Origin: Callorhinchus milii
Taxonomy: Eukaryota
Direction of reading: 5' to 3'
NCBI RefSeq assembly: GCF_018977255.1
Contig: NW_024704748.1
Location: 25,792,001-25,856,000, forward strand
DNA: 64,000 nucleotides
Below are positions 30,477-43,600 of this stretch, piece by piece; the stretch's first letter is position 1; each line of letters opens with the position of its first letter. The translations under genes were made by a program, and so were the position numbers. The notes under the pieces are model-generated. The model was not told the DNA's origin, made no database searches, and saw only the letters and a list, made by a program, of their open reading frames with translations.

Positions 30477-31959
30477 AGCAAACTCCTCCTCCAACAAACT
30501 GAGGAGGAGATGACCTGATGACTGTAGAGCTGTGCTCCAGGAGAAAGGAAACAGGATTCAAATATCTTCAGCAGAGAGGAGGAAATGGAAGAAGAAGCCA
30601 CTATGGCCCCAAACTCCGGAACTCCCTGCCTCAATCTCTCTGGTTTGCCTGTCTTCAGATCGCACCTCAAAATCTTCCTCTTCGACCGCGTATATGATCA
30701 CTTCCCCCTTCACTTCGGCTCAGCCATTGAGATGTCCTGAGATGCTCCACCACGCGAAGGTCGCTATGTAAACACAAGTTGTTGTCGTTGTCGTCTCCCA
30801 GGGCACACAGCATGGTGATTAGCGCCCGGACACTCCATCCACTGGAGGTTTGAACCCCACGTTGTTGCAAACGCAATTTAAATTCAATTAAAATTCAATA
30901 CAAGTGTGAGAGAAAATGATCCAGATCAGCATTTGTTTTGGGCCAAGTGTCAAAACAATTTATTTTTTTAAAAACGGGAAGTGAAGGAAAGACTTTGGGA
31001 ATTTAGCGAAGTGCTGCAGTGGTTGTTAACTGATATGTCATTCGTTCTGTAGGTTAAGCAAGCCTAAACTGGTTGGGCAGACTTAACCTTGGCACCACAA
31101 GCCTTTGCGCGTCCATGTTTTGCAATTTCAAACCTGTGTAACTCAACTGCACCCAAATCTGCCTTCAAAGCACAGTCAGAAATCAGCAGCAGTGACTCAC
31201 GTTTGGGAACAAGATCGTCCCTTCATTAAAGAAATTGAAGTAAAGAAATGGAAGCATTAAACTTTCATTTAATAGTATTATCACCAATTTGGAGAATTCC
31301 GCCACCCCCTTCCCTCCTTCCCCAGGAACAACTTTTGTGAGTTGCAGGGGTCCGTTAGGTAACTTGAGTCTGATAGTCTTCATCTCGGTAAGAATGGAGT
31401 TTTTCTTTTTCGTGAAGTGTTTATGAAATTACATATTTACGAGCAGTTTCTCTCCATGGGTTTTTCCCGTAAGCATTGTTGTCCAAAGCTCCTTAAAAAT
31501 GCCAGATAATGATTCGAATGCGATTACTCTTAAAAGACATCACGGTTCTGGTTAGGTTGTTTTCAGTCAGATTGCGTGGCTTTTTGGTCAACCTGACACA
31601 CGCGGAAACCCATGGAAACCCATTAAGAGCATCCAAACCAGACTGAGAGTGCCTCCTGCAACTTTCAACAACTACCTTTCCTAACATCTAACTCTTACAC
31701 CTACCTTTCAACTATGTATGCCGTCTCTAGGCATGGAAATTCCCCGGTGTCTGGAATGGAATACACACTCCCTACCTGGAGAGACACACCCTCTTACCTA
31801 ATTCCAGAGAGTGTTAGCCCTGGTTGGCAGCAGCCAAGCATCTGGGATTCCCGGAGTTTGCTTGGGAAACTGCTGGAGTTCAATAACTAATATTGGGTAG
31901 GTTGCAAATTGAGAACCGGATAATGGCGGTGAATTATTTTACCGTACAACAGGACTGCC

Positions 31960-32250
31960 TTTCTCCCACTGTCCGTCAGTCCAGCCTGAACAAGGCGCTG
32001 GACAGTCAGGGATTTGGACCCAAGTTGGGGGTTGGAATCAGGAGGGTGGAGGGTAGGAGGGTGGCCGAAGGCACGGCTGAAGAGGAGGATCTTGAGACGT
32101 GCCTTGAAGGAGGCAAAGTGGAATGCAGTTCCGAAGGGTGGGGGCAGAAACACTGAAGGCCCGACCGCTGATGGTGGGGCGGGCCGGGCGGGAGACGTGG
32201 AGCTAGCTGGAGCCTGGTGAGCGGAGGGAGCGGACAGGTTGATATGATAA
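31960..32250 (-). mobile_element. L2 LINE 3' fragment
   Basis: Reverse complement encodes ..SFKARLKILLFSRAF.. (L2 ORF2 end) plus the 3' UTR. Confidence 0.75.
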
Positions 32251-32877
32251 AGCTTCATTAGTGCATTACTATATTACATCCTTTGCATTTCCCTTGTTCA
32301 TTAGGTTATTTATCTCTCACCACCCTTTGTTGAATCCAAACTGCTGATCCTTTATCAAACTGTTTTCAGATGTTTTCCCCCCACCCACAGGATCCCTTAA
32401 AACTGTTAGGATTTCTTTAAAAGTGACGGGTCTGCAGTTGCTATAAATATCTCCCTTTTAATGGAATTTTGTTTCCCCTTTTTCATTCCTCGGGGATCTC
32501 TCTAGAATCCAGTGAATGTTTAAAAATATCTTAAAGCCTTTCTAATTTCTACCCCCTTCCCTTCCCTCCTTAACACCACTTGCTTTAAACTATCTATGCC
32601 AACTGCACCTGGTGCTTTTCTGTGTGACTTTCTTTCCTAGATGTTTTATAACAATTTCCTTCATTATTCCCTTGCTGCCTGGCTTCTCTTCAGCTGTCCC
32701 TGGCAATCCGATTTCCTGACGAAATGTGGTCGGTTATGAAGTACAGTTGCTGGAATTAGTGAGGTCACTTCATACCTACAGTGTGTGGCAAACTGAGCTA
32801 GACTGTTCATGGAGAGGAACAAGCTTAGAGTTTAGTCCTATAATGGACACATTATGAAATATATAATATATATAATA

Positions 32878-33047
32878 TGTAATAATTCTTGCATTTGACA
32901 CAGCTCCTTTTCACGTCTTCGAGACGTCTCAACGTCCTTCACAGAATACACTGTAAAGTGAATTGACTGTATATTTTGTGGGCGAAACGCAGCAGCCAAT
33001 TGCCCACAGCAGCGTCCCACAAACAGTCGTGGGTTGAAGTGACCAAA
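32878..33047 (-). mobile_element. SINE 3' half
   Basis: Matches the SINE consensus body and tail. Confidence 0.85.
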
Positions 33048-33910
33048 GGGACAAAAGGGGATCTTCCAAGTCGCTGTAGTATTCGTGGCCATCCACTTCC
33101 TGAGCCAGGCGGGTCCATAGTATTCCAGTCCACTATGATGACAGCTCAGCTAGGGCTTGTTGGCAGGACATTGAGGGGCAAACCGGCCACTGTGGCCAGG
33201 GATTAATGATATTTACCTACCATGACCCCGCAAGCCAAAACCTGAAGTGGCACAGTGATCTGAGCTGGATAAGCTAAATGCTAAACTTGCCAGATACCGC
33301 TTTTAATGTAAGGCCAATGTGGTTCTTTACGTCTGCTTGGTGGATAGAATGTATTTATACCATACGTCAACTTTAACAGATATGATCTTATCAATTTTTT
33401 CTTCACATGCAATGCCATAAAGTGGCAGATGTTTAAAAGTACAATTGCATATTTTTTTTTGTTTCCCGCCTCCATGCCCAGAGTTCCTTGACGGTTGCGT
33501 TAATTGAATCCTACGTTATAACTTGCGTAGTGTTACGTAGAGACATGGGAACAACAACAACAACATTTATACGCAGAGTAGCGTCCCAGAGTGCTTGACA
33601 GTGGCACTGGGGGGTGAGGGGAGGTGACCCTAGGCACGGCCAAAGAGAAATGTGCCATTTCATCCCACCAAATCCGTGAATTGACTGTATATTTTGTGGG
33701 CAAAACATACTTGTCTAGGATTACTTGTTTCCACTGAAAAAAAATCAATGATCTGATAAATATTGACCTGGGGGTGAAAAGCAAGATTTTTTTAATATAA
33801 AAGTGTATCCTTTCGGAAACTGGCCCATCTCACGACTTAAAACTATTTCCTCAGCAGTGCAAGGAGGCAACGCACCTTTTCACCTAAGTTACGCTCACAA
33901 AATAACGCTC

Positions 33911-34110
33911 ACAGTCACTGCACTTTACAGTATATTCTGTGAAGCGCTTTGAGACGTCTCGATGCCGTGATAAGGCGCTATGCGAAATGCATTATAATAT
34001 AATAATAATCCTTGCATTTGATCTGGCGCCTTATTGAAGATGTCTTCGAGACGTCTCAAAGCGCTTCACAGAACGTACTATGAAATGAAATGACTGTAAA
34101 CTTTGTGGGC
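33911..34110. mobile_element. Two SINE tails joined tail-to-tail (palindrome)
   Basis: + tail 33911-33990 and - tail 33999-34110. Confidence 0.85.
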
Positions 34111-34206
34111 AAAGCGAAATATACAGGATGTTGAGTATTATGGTGACTAAGCTCAGGAGAAAACCTTGAATTTCCTTTTCTCAATCTTTCTTGCCCTGCC
34201 TCTCGT

Positions 34207-34241
<35 letters not shown>

Positions 34242-34279
34242 TCCTGTTCTTTCAGAGGCTGTGTTAAGTTTCAATGAGT

Positions 34280-34552
34280 TGCGAGGGCTGAACTACTACT
34301 GCTGTGTGTGGAGTGAAGTCTAACCACAGGAAGCCAGAGGCTCTTGGTGAGTGAGCGAGGCAGCAGAGAAAAGGAGGAGGATGCACACTTTGCGTCAGTG
34401 AGTCAGTCGCTCGCAGATTTTTTTTTGTGAGAAGGGAGAGAGAGAGAGAGAGAGAGAAAGAAAGAGAGAAAAACTGAAAAGAAAGAAGAGAGCGAGCGAG
34501 AGAGAGAGAGAGAGAGAGAGAGGCCAGGACAAACCCTGATCTTCTGCCAACA
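34280..34552 (+). promoter_or_regulatory. Putative RGS10 promoter and 5' UTR
   Basis: Overlapping RUNX (AACCACA 34322) and ETS (ACAGGAAG 34326) motifs, CRE-like TGCGTCA 34391 next to AP-1 TGAGTCA 34399, (GA)n leader before the ATG. Confidence 0.5.
34433..34522. repeat. (GA)n purine tract in the RGS10 5' leader
   Basis: Directly visible. Confidence 0.9.
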
Positions 34553-34604
34553 ATGTTCATGTCCAAAGCTGTCAGCCGGCTGAGCCGCAAGCGACCACCT
34601 TCAG
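34553..34604 (+). CDS. RGS10: RGS10 coding exon 1 ([17 protein letters not shown])
   Basis: acaATG ... CAG|gtaatc; matches RGS10 [16 protein letters not shown]. Confidence 0.92.
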
Positions 34605-37600
34605 GTAATCTTTCTTTTGACAAAAGGGGAAACAAAAACCCACCATCGCATTCAAGTCAGCCTTGCTTTTCTGCTTCCCCAGCTTCAAAGCTTCGCGTCC
34701 TTTTATTCTCTCATGATTTTGTTGGGAGGATTTGTTGCCAAACTCACCGACCAACAGATTTCTCTCTCTCTCTCTCTCTCTCGCTCTCTCTTTTTGCTGA
34801 ATGTGTAAAAGTTTCTGTGTGGTTTGGACCTTTTTCTTTAGTTCTGTATAGTTCTGTTCGGTTAGGTTAGGCACAAGGCTTTTTTTGGTGGTTTACTGTC
34901 AGACTGTCTGAGGGGAAAATGAGGAACTTTTTAGTGACTATAGTTTACAGGGAACAGATAAAGCAGGTTTCCACTTGTTTTCTGCGTGTCAGTTTGATTT
35001 TTACTTGCGATTTCCTGCAAAAGTGTGTGTGTGTGTGTGTTTGGGGGTGGGGGGGGTGGGTCTGTGTCCTGTCTGTTTTCTAAATATAGATCCTGTTGGT
35101 TTAATCCATGTTTTAACTGCAATGAAATAGTGAAGGATTGATTGAAGGAAAAGTACTTCCTTCAATCTCTCTCTCTCTCGCTGACTCTCTCCTCACGCTC
35201 CTTTACTTCTACTCTCTGTGATAATCTCCCTAGCACTGAAAATCCATAGCATTCAGAGGTATTGGAGGAATATGTCAAAGGAAACTTTTGGGAACTTGGG
35301 AAGGAGACTAGATAGATAAATGATCTACTCTTGCTTCCAACTGTTTCTGTGCAACTTATCCTCCAAACTGTTAGGAACATAAGAAATGCTAGAAGGAAAA
35401 AAGACCAAGGTGCATCTAGTGCACCTTCCTGGCGGTCGCATATGTCCCAAACTACCTATGTACTATCTCCCATGATGTTATTTCCTAAAATAAAACAATC
35501 TAATCTGTGTTTGAAGGAATCAACACTTCCTGCTTCAACCGTCTCCCTGGGGAGTCTGTTCCACAGGTTCACTATTCGCTCACTAAAATAGTGTTTCTGT
35601 AGATTTGTTCTGAATTTACCCGCCTTCAAACGCAGGCCGTGTCCTCTGGCTTTACTATTCTGGACAAGTTGAAACAGCCTGCAATGATCTACATTTAGCC
35701 CCCTTTAGCATCTTAAAGACAGCAATCATATTGCCTCTCAATCGTCTCTTTTTCCAGTGTGAACCCACCCAATTTACTTAGTCACTCTTCGTAGTCCAGT
35801 CCCTCCATTTCCTCAATCAATCTGGTTGCCCTCTGTATCCTCTCGATTTCTCCCATATCCTTTTTGTACTGTGGCGACCAGATTCCACTTAGAGTTGCAA
35901 GGGAAGATGGGTTATGATGAGAAGATAGTAGGGTGGGTGTTCTTGAACGATGAGAACAAATTGACTTTTTCATCTGAACTTCTCTTATGATCTTGTGCCA
36001 TTTGCCGCCTCTGCAGGAGGGTTAACCTAGTTCTAGCTTTTAATTCAGATATCTATAGTTATCTTAAATCGTGATGTTTGGTTTGGTCAGCCGGGTGTCT
36101 GACCCATCACCGAGTCTCCAAACCAAGCTGAGAATTCCATGCATCCCATCTACACATGGAAATTCCAGGGATGTTTGTTGGGATGGAATACACATTCTCT
36201 CTCTCTCTCTCTCTGGAGGGATGCATCCTGCTTACCTAATTCTGGGAAGTATTAGGGCGCAGGTTGTCAAGAGCCAAGCTTGGGGACCCCAGAGTGTGTG
36301 TTGGGCTAACTGCTGGATTCTAACCAGCTAAGCCTGCGTAGCTTGCCATCGAAAGCACCGCCTGACAAGCTTTCCCACTGTTTGTCCAGCTAGGACCACC
36401 CTAACTGTTAGGGCTGTGGCTTGCAGGGTTGACAAGAGCTGAGTGGGATGACTCCCTGCCCCCAGTGAGTGGTCTGTCCTTCTAAGCCCTGCCGATGTGC
36501 CAGGCCGGGCTGTGCTGTCATCAATAGTGAGTGCCCGGGAATACTGCAGACCCGCCTGGCTCAGGAACTGGACTAGACACCGTCACAGAGGGTGGGCTTG
36601 TTTCTGACATTCCATTGCCAGGCACGTCACCTTGAAGCCAGTTCAGCTCCAAGGAGACCCCACTTACCCCCTCCCCCACCCCAAAGAGTATCATCACTTA
36701 GTGGTCATTTGACATGTACATTTAAGCGCTCCGAGACGCCGTCCGGTGTGAAGGGCACTATATAAATACAAGTTGTTGTTGTTGTTGCTGCACAAGCGTA
36801 AGCCCACACTAGGTGGTTGACAGGCACCTGAAGATCCCTGTGAGCTTCCTGATGGACAACACAACTCAGCACGAAATGCATGAGAGCATTGCCACCACAT
36901 TCCTGCCCACAGTTTAGACGCACATCCCTTCACATTGGGTGATGATGATTCCATCAGTTGCGTCAGCTTGAGCCGCTTGACTTTCTGCAAACCATTTCAG
37001 ATGGACTCCAAGCACGGGATGTATGAATGCACTCTTTAATTTTGATGACAACAAGAGCTGATTAGATGTGAAGGAATAGAAAGGTTTGTCATGTTTTGGG
37101 GTTCAGTTGTTTACCATTCGTAACTTTCTCTTATGTATTAACTGTGATGCAATACCATTGCTGAAATGCGATGATTCACCTGAACAATATACCTTAGCAC
37201 CCGTGTGAAGTGAGATGTAATGATGAAGCACTTTAGTTCTCTTGTTTGATTCAAGTTTCCACTAGCATAATAAGTATTCATTATTCGGCATAAATTTCGG
37301 TTTACAAAATGCTTCAGATGGTCCACTCTGATAGCATTCACCACTGTGGTGAGTCACAGACATGTGTGCTCCTGAATTTGAGCGATATATACTCCAATCA
37401 CCAAGTCAGGGCAATGATTTGCAATCGAAGGGGGGAGGGGTGGGGGTAAATTCGGAACAAATCCGCGGAAACGCTACTTCAGTAAGCAAGTAGTAAACGT
37501 ATGGAACAGGATCCCGAGGGAGAAATTAGACAGATTTCTGCTAGAAAATATCTTGGTGATCCAGTATATCATTTGGGACATGTCAAGAGACTGCCAGTAC

Positions 37601-40600
37601 GGTGAAAGGCGAACTAGATGGACCTTGGTCTTCTTTTGCCAGGCAAACTCTTATGGTCTTAATATGAAAATTCTCCATATTTTTCACTGTAAGTTGCCAA
37701 TTCGGGATCTTTTGGGCCCATAACCCAGGCCGTCACACCAGTGAGGTTCTCGGGGATTGCTGCGTTGCCAGAGATGCTGTCCTTTGGATGAAACCATGAA
37801 ACCAAATTTCAGTTTGCCTGTTCAAGGTCCCAATACACTATTTGGAAGGAAAAGGAGGTTTCACCCAATTTCCTGACCAGCATTCTCCATATTAATTGAT
37901 TATTCATTCCAAGGTGTTTCTGTCACTTTCCTTGCGTAAATGGGTTGCCTTCAAGAAAACGTCACTACAATTTAATTATAATTATCTGCATGGTGGGTGG
38001 ATAGGTACAAAGGCTGTGGGCTGTTGCAACATTATTGGCGCTATAATAAATGCGAGGATTATCATTATTATAACTTCGGTTTCTAGGGTGCTTCATAAAA
38101 TATAACCGCATACTCTGTATCATGAGCAATTTAAAAAGTTCGCAAAATAGAAGACCCAGGGGAAATAGTCCTGGTCTTGTACTTTGCAACACCAGCTATC
38201 ACCACCCTCTCACCCTCCATATCCTCCCGTCCCCATTAAAATTCTGCGAAGCCTTGAAATGTGAAAGGCACTATATCAAATGCAAGGATTATTATAACTA
38301 ATAGGAGCATTTGCACAGCGACCCTAACGTATGGTAGAGTCCCAGAACCCTTGACAGTGGCGGAGCACGAAGCACGATGCAGAGCTGGGGGGAGGATGAC
38401 TGTAGGCACCGGTCGAAGAGGAAGGTCTTCAGGCCCGACCTGAAGATGGGGAAGGAAGGGGCCAGGCGGAGTGATAGAGGAAGAGTGCTCCAGGGTTTCC
38501 GGGGGTAGTGGCTAAAAACATGGCCACCGATGGTGGAACGGAGGGCACGAATTACCAATTTAATTTACCGAATAAAGTTCACAGCTCTCCCCGTCTTGCC
38601 TTGCAACTGCTTTCCCATGTTACTTGGGGTGTTACATCATGGAGCAAATAGAGCAGAGGGCGTCATTCTCATGTCAGTGACAAGAGGAGGCCTGCTTATG
38701 TAGCTATAATCCCTTAAATACAAATTGTATAGTGCAATAATTGGATTAGCATTTAAAAATCACGGCACCATAGAAAATGCACAATAGTCTTGAATTCCAG
38801 TCTGAGTGGGCAATTTCCTACCATTCCTGTTGACAGGGTAGATCTCGAATTGCCACATTCCATTTACAAATGTCCCCAGTTTCTGCTTCGCGAATCTAGT
38901 TTCTACTTAACACAAAATCAGGAACCAACAGTGCAGAGTTAAGAGCGGTGCTACTTGTGAAGCAGATCTTCTCAGTCACCGCCACTGTTGTGTAAAAGTC
39001 TCTGGAATGGATCGGATTCCAAACATAATTTTTGGTGAGTAAGTTTACACTGATCATAACCTTAAATGCGTCTGATTTATTTCTGAGACACTGTTGTGTA
39101 TTTAACCTTCTGACCCCAAATGGTTCTCTACAGTGAATGGGTTGCTATTCAGAAAGCCATGTCCATCATGGTCAGTGCAGCGCTATTATCAAATCAACCG
39201 AGCTCTTCCAAATGTGATAACGACTGATGCGATGATGTAAAGGTGAAACCGCCGGATAGTCATAGAAGTGTGTGTGACCTCAGTATATAGTTTGGGAAAC
39301 GAAACATCAAGTGACTGCTAGGATCGCGGAAGGCGAACTAAATGGACCTCGGTCTTCTTTCGCCCAGCAAATTCTTATGCTCTTATTATCTTAGGCAACT
39401 ACACACTGCTGCTGTCTGGAGTCGTGCTATTTTATTTTATTCCATTTGGACTGAATAATCAATCAAAGTACAATTAAGTGTTGGTGAATGCCTCTGATCC
39501 TGTTAATCACCTAATTTGGACAGTGTTCATTTCCTTACGCCTTGGGCTTAGAACATATCAATGAGTTGAGCAAGGAAATGAGATTCAAGTGATTAACTCC
39601 AGCGGGAGAAGCTAGCCCCTGCATAGGAATGATGAGCCAAATGGCTATTTTCCGTGCTGCAGCCAGTCACACAGACTGTCCCAATTGCTAGGATTGCCTC
39701 TGATCAATTGTGAATTTGTGAAGCGATTTTTGTACTTTGTTCTCCTTTCGTAAATTAGTTGAACCAAAAAATAACCTATTGGTTCTTTTCTTGTTGAAAT
39801 GTGACATTAATCATTCATTGTGCACCTTATTAGTGATCTCCTGTTGGGAAATCCACCACAACACTTTGTAATTACATGGTGTGTTTTGCTCCCACGACTG
39901 TGTTAGCAACCAACGACTCTTTGTTCTAACGTAGAAACTATAGCAAAACAAATAGAGATGTGCTGCATTTTTCCTCACATTGGATCAGTCTCTTGCTGCC
40001 TCCACGTTGTCTCTATCTTCCAAGGATTGGCACAGGGACACAGTGAATTCACTTTATAGTATTTTCTGAGAAGCGCTTTGAAACGTCTAGAAGACGTGAT
40101 AAGGCCCTATATCAAATGCAAGAATTATTATTATTGTTATTATGATTATTATTAGGAACACATTTGAGCTTCTTGATTGCCATTGGCTCAGTGTGTTTCA
40201 CAAGAACAGAGAAGAGAATTGACTTCAGAAGTGTTCAAAATTATGAGGGCTTTTTGATGAAGTAAATGGGGAGAGACTTTTTCCACCGGTTGTTGAGTTG
40301 GTAACTTGATTGGCACTGAAGTGTGGAACTAAACAGAGAGACAGCACAGTGACAAGTGGCTAAAGACCTCCTCTGTGCTGTAAAATCCCATGATTATATA
40401 AGGGATGTGAAACTGGCTATGAAGACCTTTTTACTCCATGGAACTTAAGGGAAAAAATAATAATTCTTACATTTTATTTCATGTCTTATCACGTTGTCGA
40501 GACGTCTCAAAGCCCTTCACTGTATTTTACTTTGAAGTGCAGCGACTGTGTATTTGTAGGCTAACGTGGCAGCTAACTTGCATAAGGCATATATAGAGTT

Positions 40601-43600
40601 GTGTTAATTTGGGGAGTAACCCATGATAGCTTGTGTACACTAAAGACTGGAGTGAAACTGATCCTGAATCCACTTCTCCTTTAAAGTCAAGTGACTTTAG
40701 ATCTCCATCTCCTTTTCTGGAGCCCCGCCACCACAGACATGAGATATTAAGAACTGTAACCGATACCAGGATGCTTAGTCAGCAGTGGATTACAGTCATA
40801 TCGTTTTTTACAGAAATGAAGGAGCTCCAGAGCTCTCATGAGCTCACAGCAATGATCGCTGTTCATCCTGTCTGGGCTTTAGGGCTTTTTGTAATTAGGA
40901 TCTGAGAGCAAAGGCACAAGAGCTGAAGCAGCTGTAACTGTAACGACAGCAGCATTTCTCATGAAATGGTAGAGAACCCCTTGAAGTCCGTGCTAGACTT
41001 CAACGGTGACAATAACTGGCTTTGCTGGTGGAATCAACCGTGCTTTTTGGCCTCTGGTAGACTGAGAGTCCCCATTCATCTCGTGCAGCGATGTTGTGTT
41101 TGCTGGCCCGTGGTACTGAGTTGGGCAGGCCGTTAAGATGGCCTCTTGCAGCTTGTGTTGGAACTGCATCCAGCAAGAGTAACAGCCGATGAGGAAACGT
41201 AGAAAGAGGCTACAGTGCTGGTAGGTAGCATTGGCAACGCAACAACAACAACTTGTATTTATATAGCGCCCTTCACACGGTGGATTCTGTTGCCGAGCCA
41301 AGGGGAGAGGGAGGAGGGAAGGGAGGAAGGGAGGTGGGAGGTGACTGTAAGCACGATCAATAAAGGAAGGGATTTGAAAGTGGTTGAGGGAGCGGGCAAG
41401 GCGGAGGGATTGAGGGAGAGAGTTCCAGAGTTTCAGGACGCAGTGGCTGAAGGCACGGCCCCCAATTTTTCATCTCCACGGCTGAGAGCCGAGGGTGAGG
41501 ATAGACTGCAGCAGTGCGGTGTGGCTCAGTGTCAGTCTGCGTTTTTGCCATTACTGTAGCAACGCGAGTCCTGTTTACGCTGTGTAGCAAAACGTTGTGC
41601 ATTTTATTTATGTTCGCGAAAACCATTTCCAAACATTTTTCCATTCCACCTCAAAATATTTCCACATTACTCCTGCTGAATCATTACTTTATCAAGTGAA
41701 AGTTTTTTTGTAAAAAATAATAATATTATTATTGAGCTTAACTCCATATCCATTGAGATAGCCATCGATGGATGGATACAATAAATATCTGGAATGGAGT
41801 GCCTACTCTCTCCCCGGAGGGACGCAATCCTACCTACGTAAATGCCAGAGCGTTTTGGGCACAGGTTGGCTACAACCAAGGCTTACTGTTCCTATAGTGT
41901 GCGTTGAAGTACTGCTGGAGTTTAATCAGTTTGACCAGGCACCTGGAACCCAGTTCAACTTCAAAGAGACCCCACTAACCCTCCCCTCCTACCCCCGCGT
42001 AGGTTAGTCTCCGATTACGCCTTTAATGAAATGACAAAACAATAATAATCCTTGCATTTGATATAGCACCGTTTCACAGCGTCGAGACATCTCGAGGAGC
42101 TTCACGGAATATACTGTAAAGTGGATTGACTGTATTTTGTGGGCGAAACCGGCAGCCAACTTGTTGATGATTAACTGCAAACCTGAGGGAGTTAGAGCAA
42201 TGAGAGTTCGAGTGGAAAAGAAAATCAAGTTTCCATTCAAAAGCAAAAGTAACAATAATCCTTAACCCTTGCATTTGATGGAGCGCCTTCTCACGTCTTC
42301 GAGACGTCTCAAAGAGCTTCACGGAATATACTGTAAAGTGAATTGACTGTGTATTTTTGTAGGCGAAAGGTAGCTCTGTAGGCTGAACAACACCCCAACA
42401 GGTCATACTTGGCCTCGATGGGAAATACTTTGAACAACTCATTGCACTGCGACGAGTCTGTACAAGATAACAGACATGCTGAAGACATGTCCACTGGCTG
42501 CCATCACCTGTCATCCATTTCAAACAGACCCTTCAAAATTATTGCTTAAAACACTCCCATTGAGAGGCCCCGGTGATTAAAGATAACCAGAACACTAAAA
42601 CTGGAGGAATAATCATTGCGATACTGAAAAGAACTCTGTAACAAGTACCAATCACTGACACTATTTATCTGCTGAGTTGCCCATCTCCTTCAAAGGTAAG
42701 ACAACCCGGAAAGTATGGTGTGAAAATTGCAGCCAATGTTAAAATTCAGCCTGGCGCAGTTGGTAGCTCTCCTGTCTTTGGGACGCTATCCCGCGTGAGG
42801 AGCGCTGTATAAATGCAAGTTGTTGTTGTCAGAACATTGTGGGTTCAAGCCTCATGTTTCACCCACAAAATATACAGTCCATTCGCTTTACTGTATATCC
42901 TGTGAAGCGCTTTGAGACGTCTCGAAGGCGTGATAAGGCGCTCCATCAAATGCAAGGATAATTATTATCATAATACCCTCCTACCCTCTCTGCCCTCCAC
43001 CCTCCCTGGTCCCAATCCACCCCCTCCATCCCCCCCACCCCAGCTCGGGTCCTAATCCCTGACTGTTCAGCACCTTGGGACGTCCTCCCGACGTGAAAGG
43101 TGCTTCACAGATGTAATATTGTATTGTATTATGTTGGGGTTTTGAGCCCTTGTAGTATAGGTTGACATTCCAGTGCAGTGCTGGGGGTGGGCTGTTGTTG
43201 GAGGTGCTGTCCTTCAAAAGAGACATTAAATTGAATTTTTTTTTAACCTTTTCACCTTTTTTTTTCACAGAGATCCACGATGATGCACGTGCCAGCAGTA
43301 GTCAACAGAGCACAAGAGGAACCTCCAAATGGGCCATTTCATTAGAACACCTCCTAGAAGATGAGGAAGGAGTGAAACATTTTAGGGTTTGTGTAGTTCA
43401 TACATTTTATTTTAAACAGTTGAGATGTCGCAAAGACGTGATAAGGCGCTGTATCAAATGCAAGGATTATTATTATTATTATTTTTCTCTTCTTAACTGG
43501 GGGGAACGGAAGGGGGAGCAAAATCGAGAGTGGCACCTCAACTACCTTCACCCACAATGTATCCATAAGTGCTGTGGGATGTCCTCCCGATGTGAAAGGA

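Noticed and set aside
31454-31615. Short inverted match ccatgggttt / aaacccatgg
   Set aside because: Only ~10 bp with no TSD; may be chance
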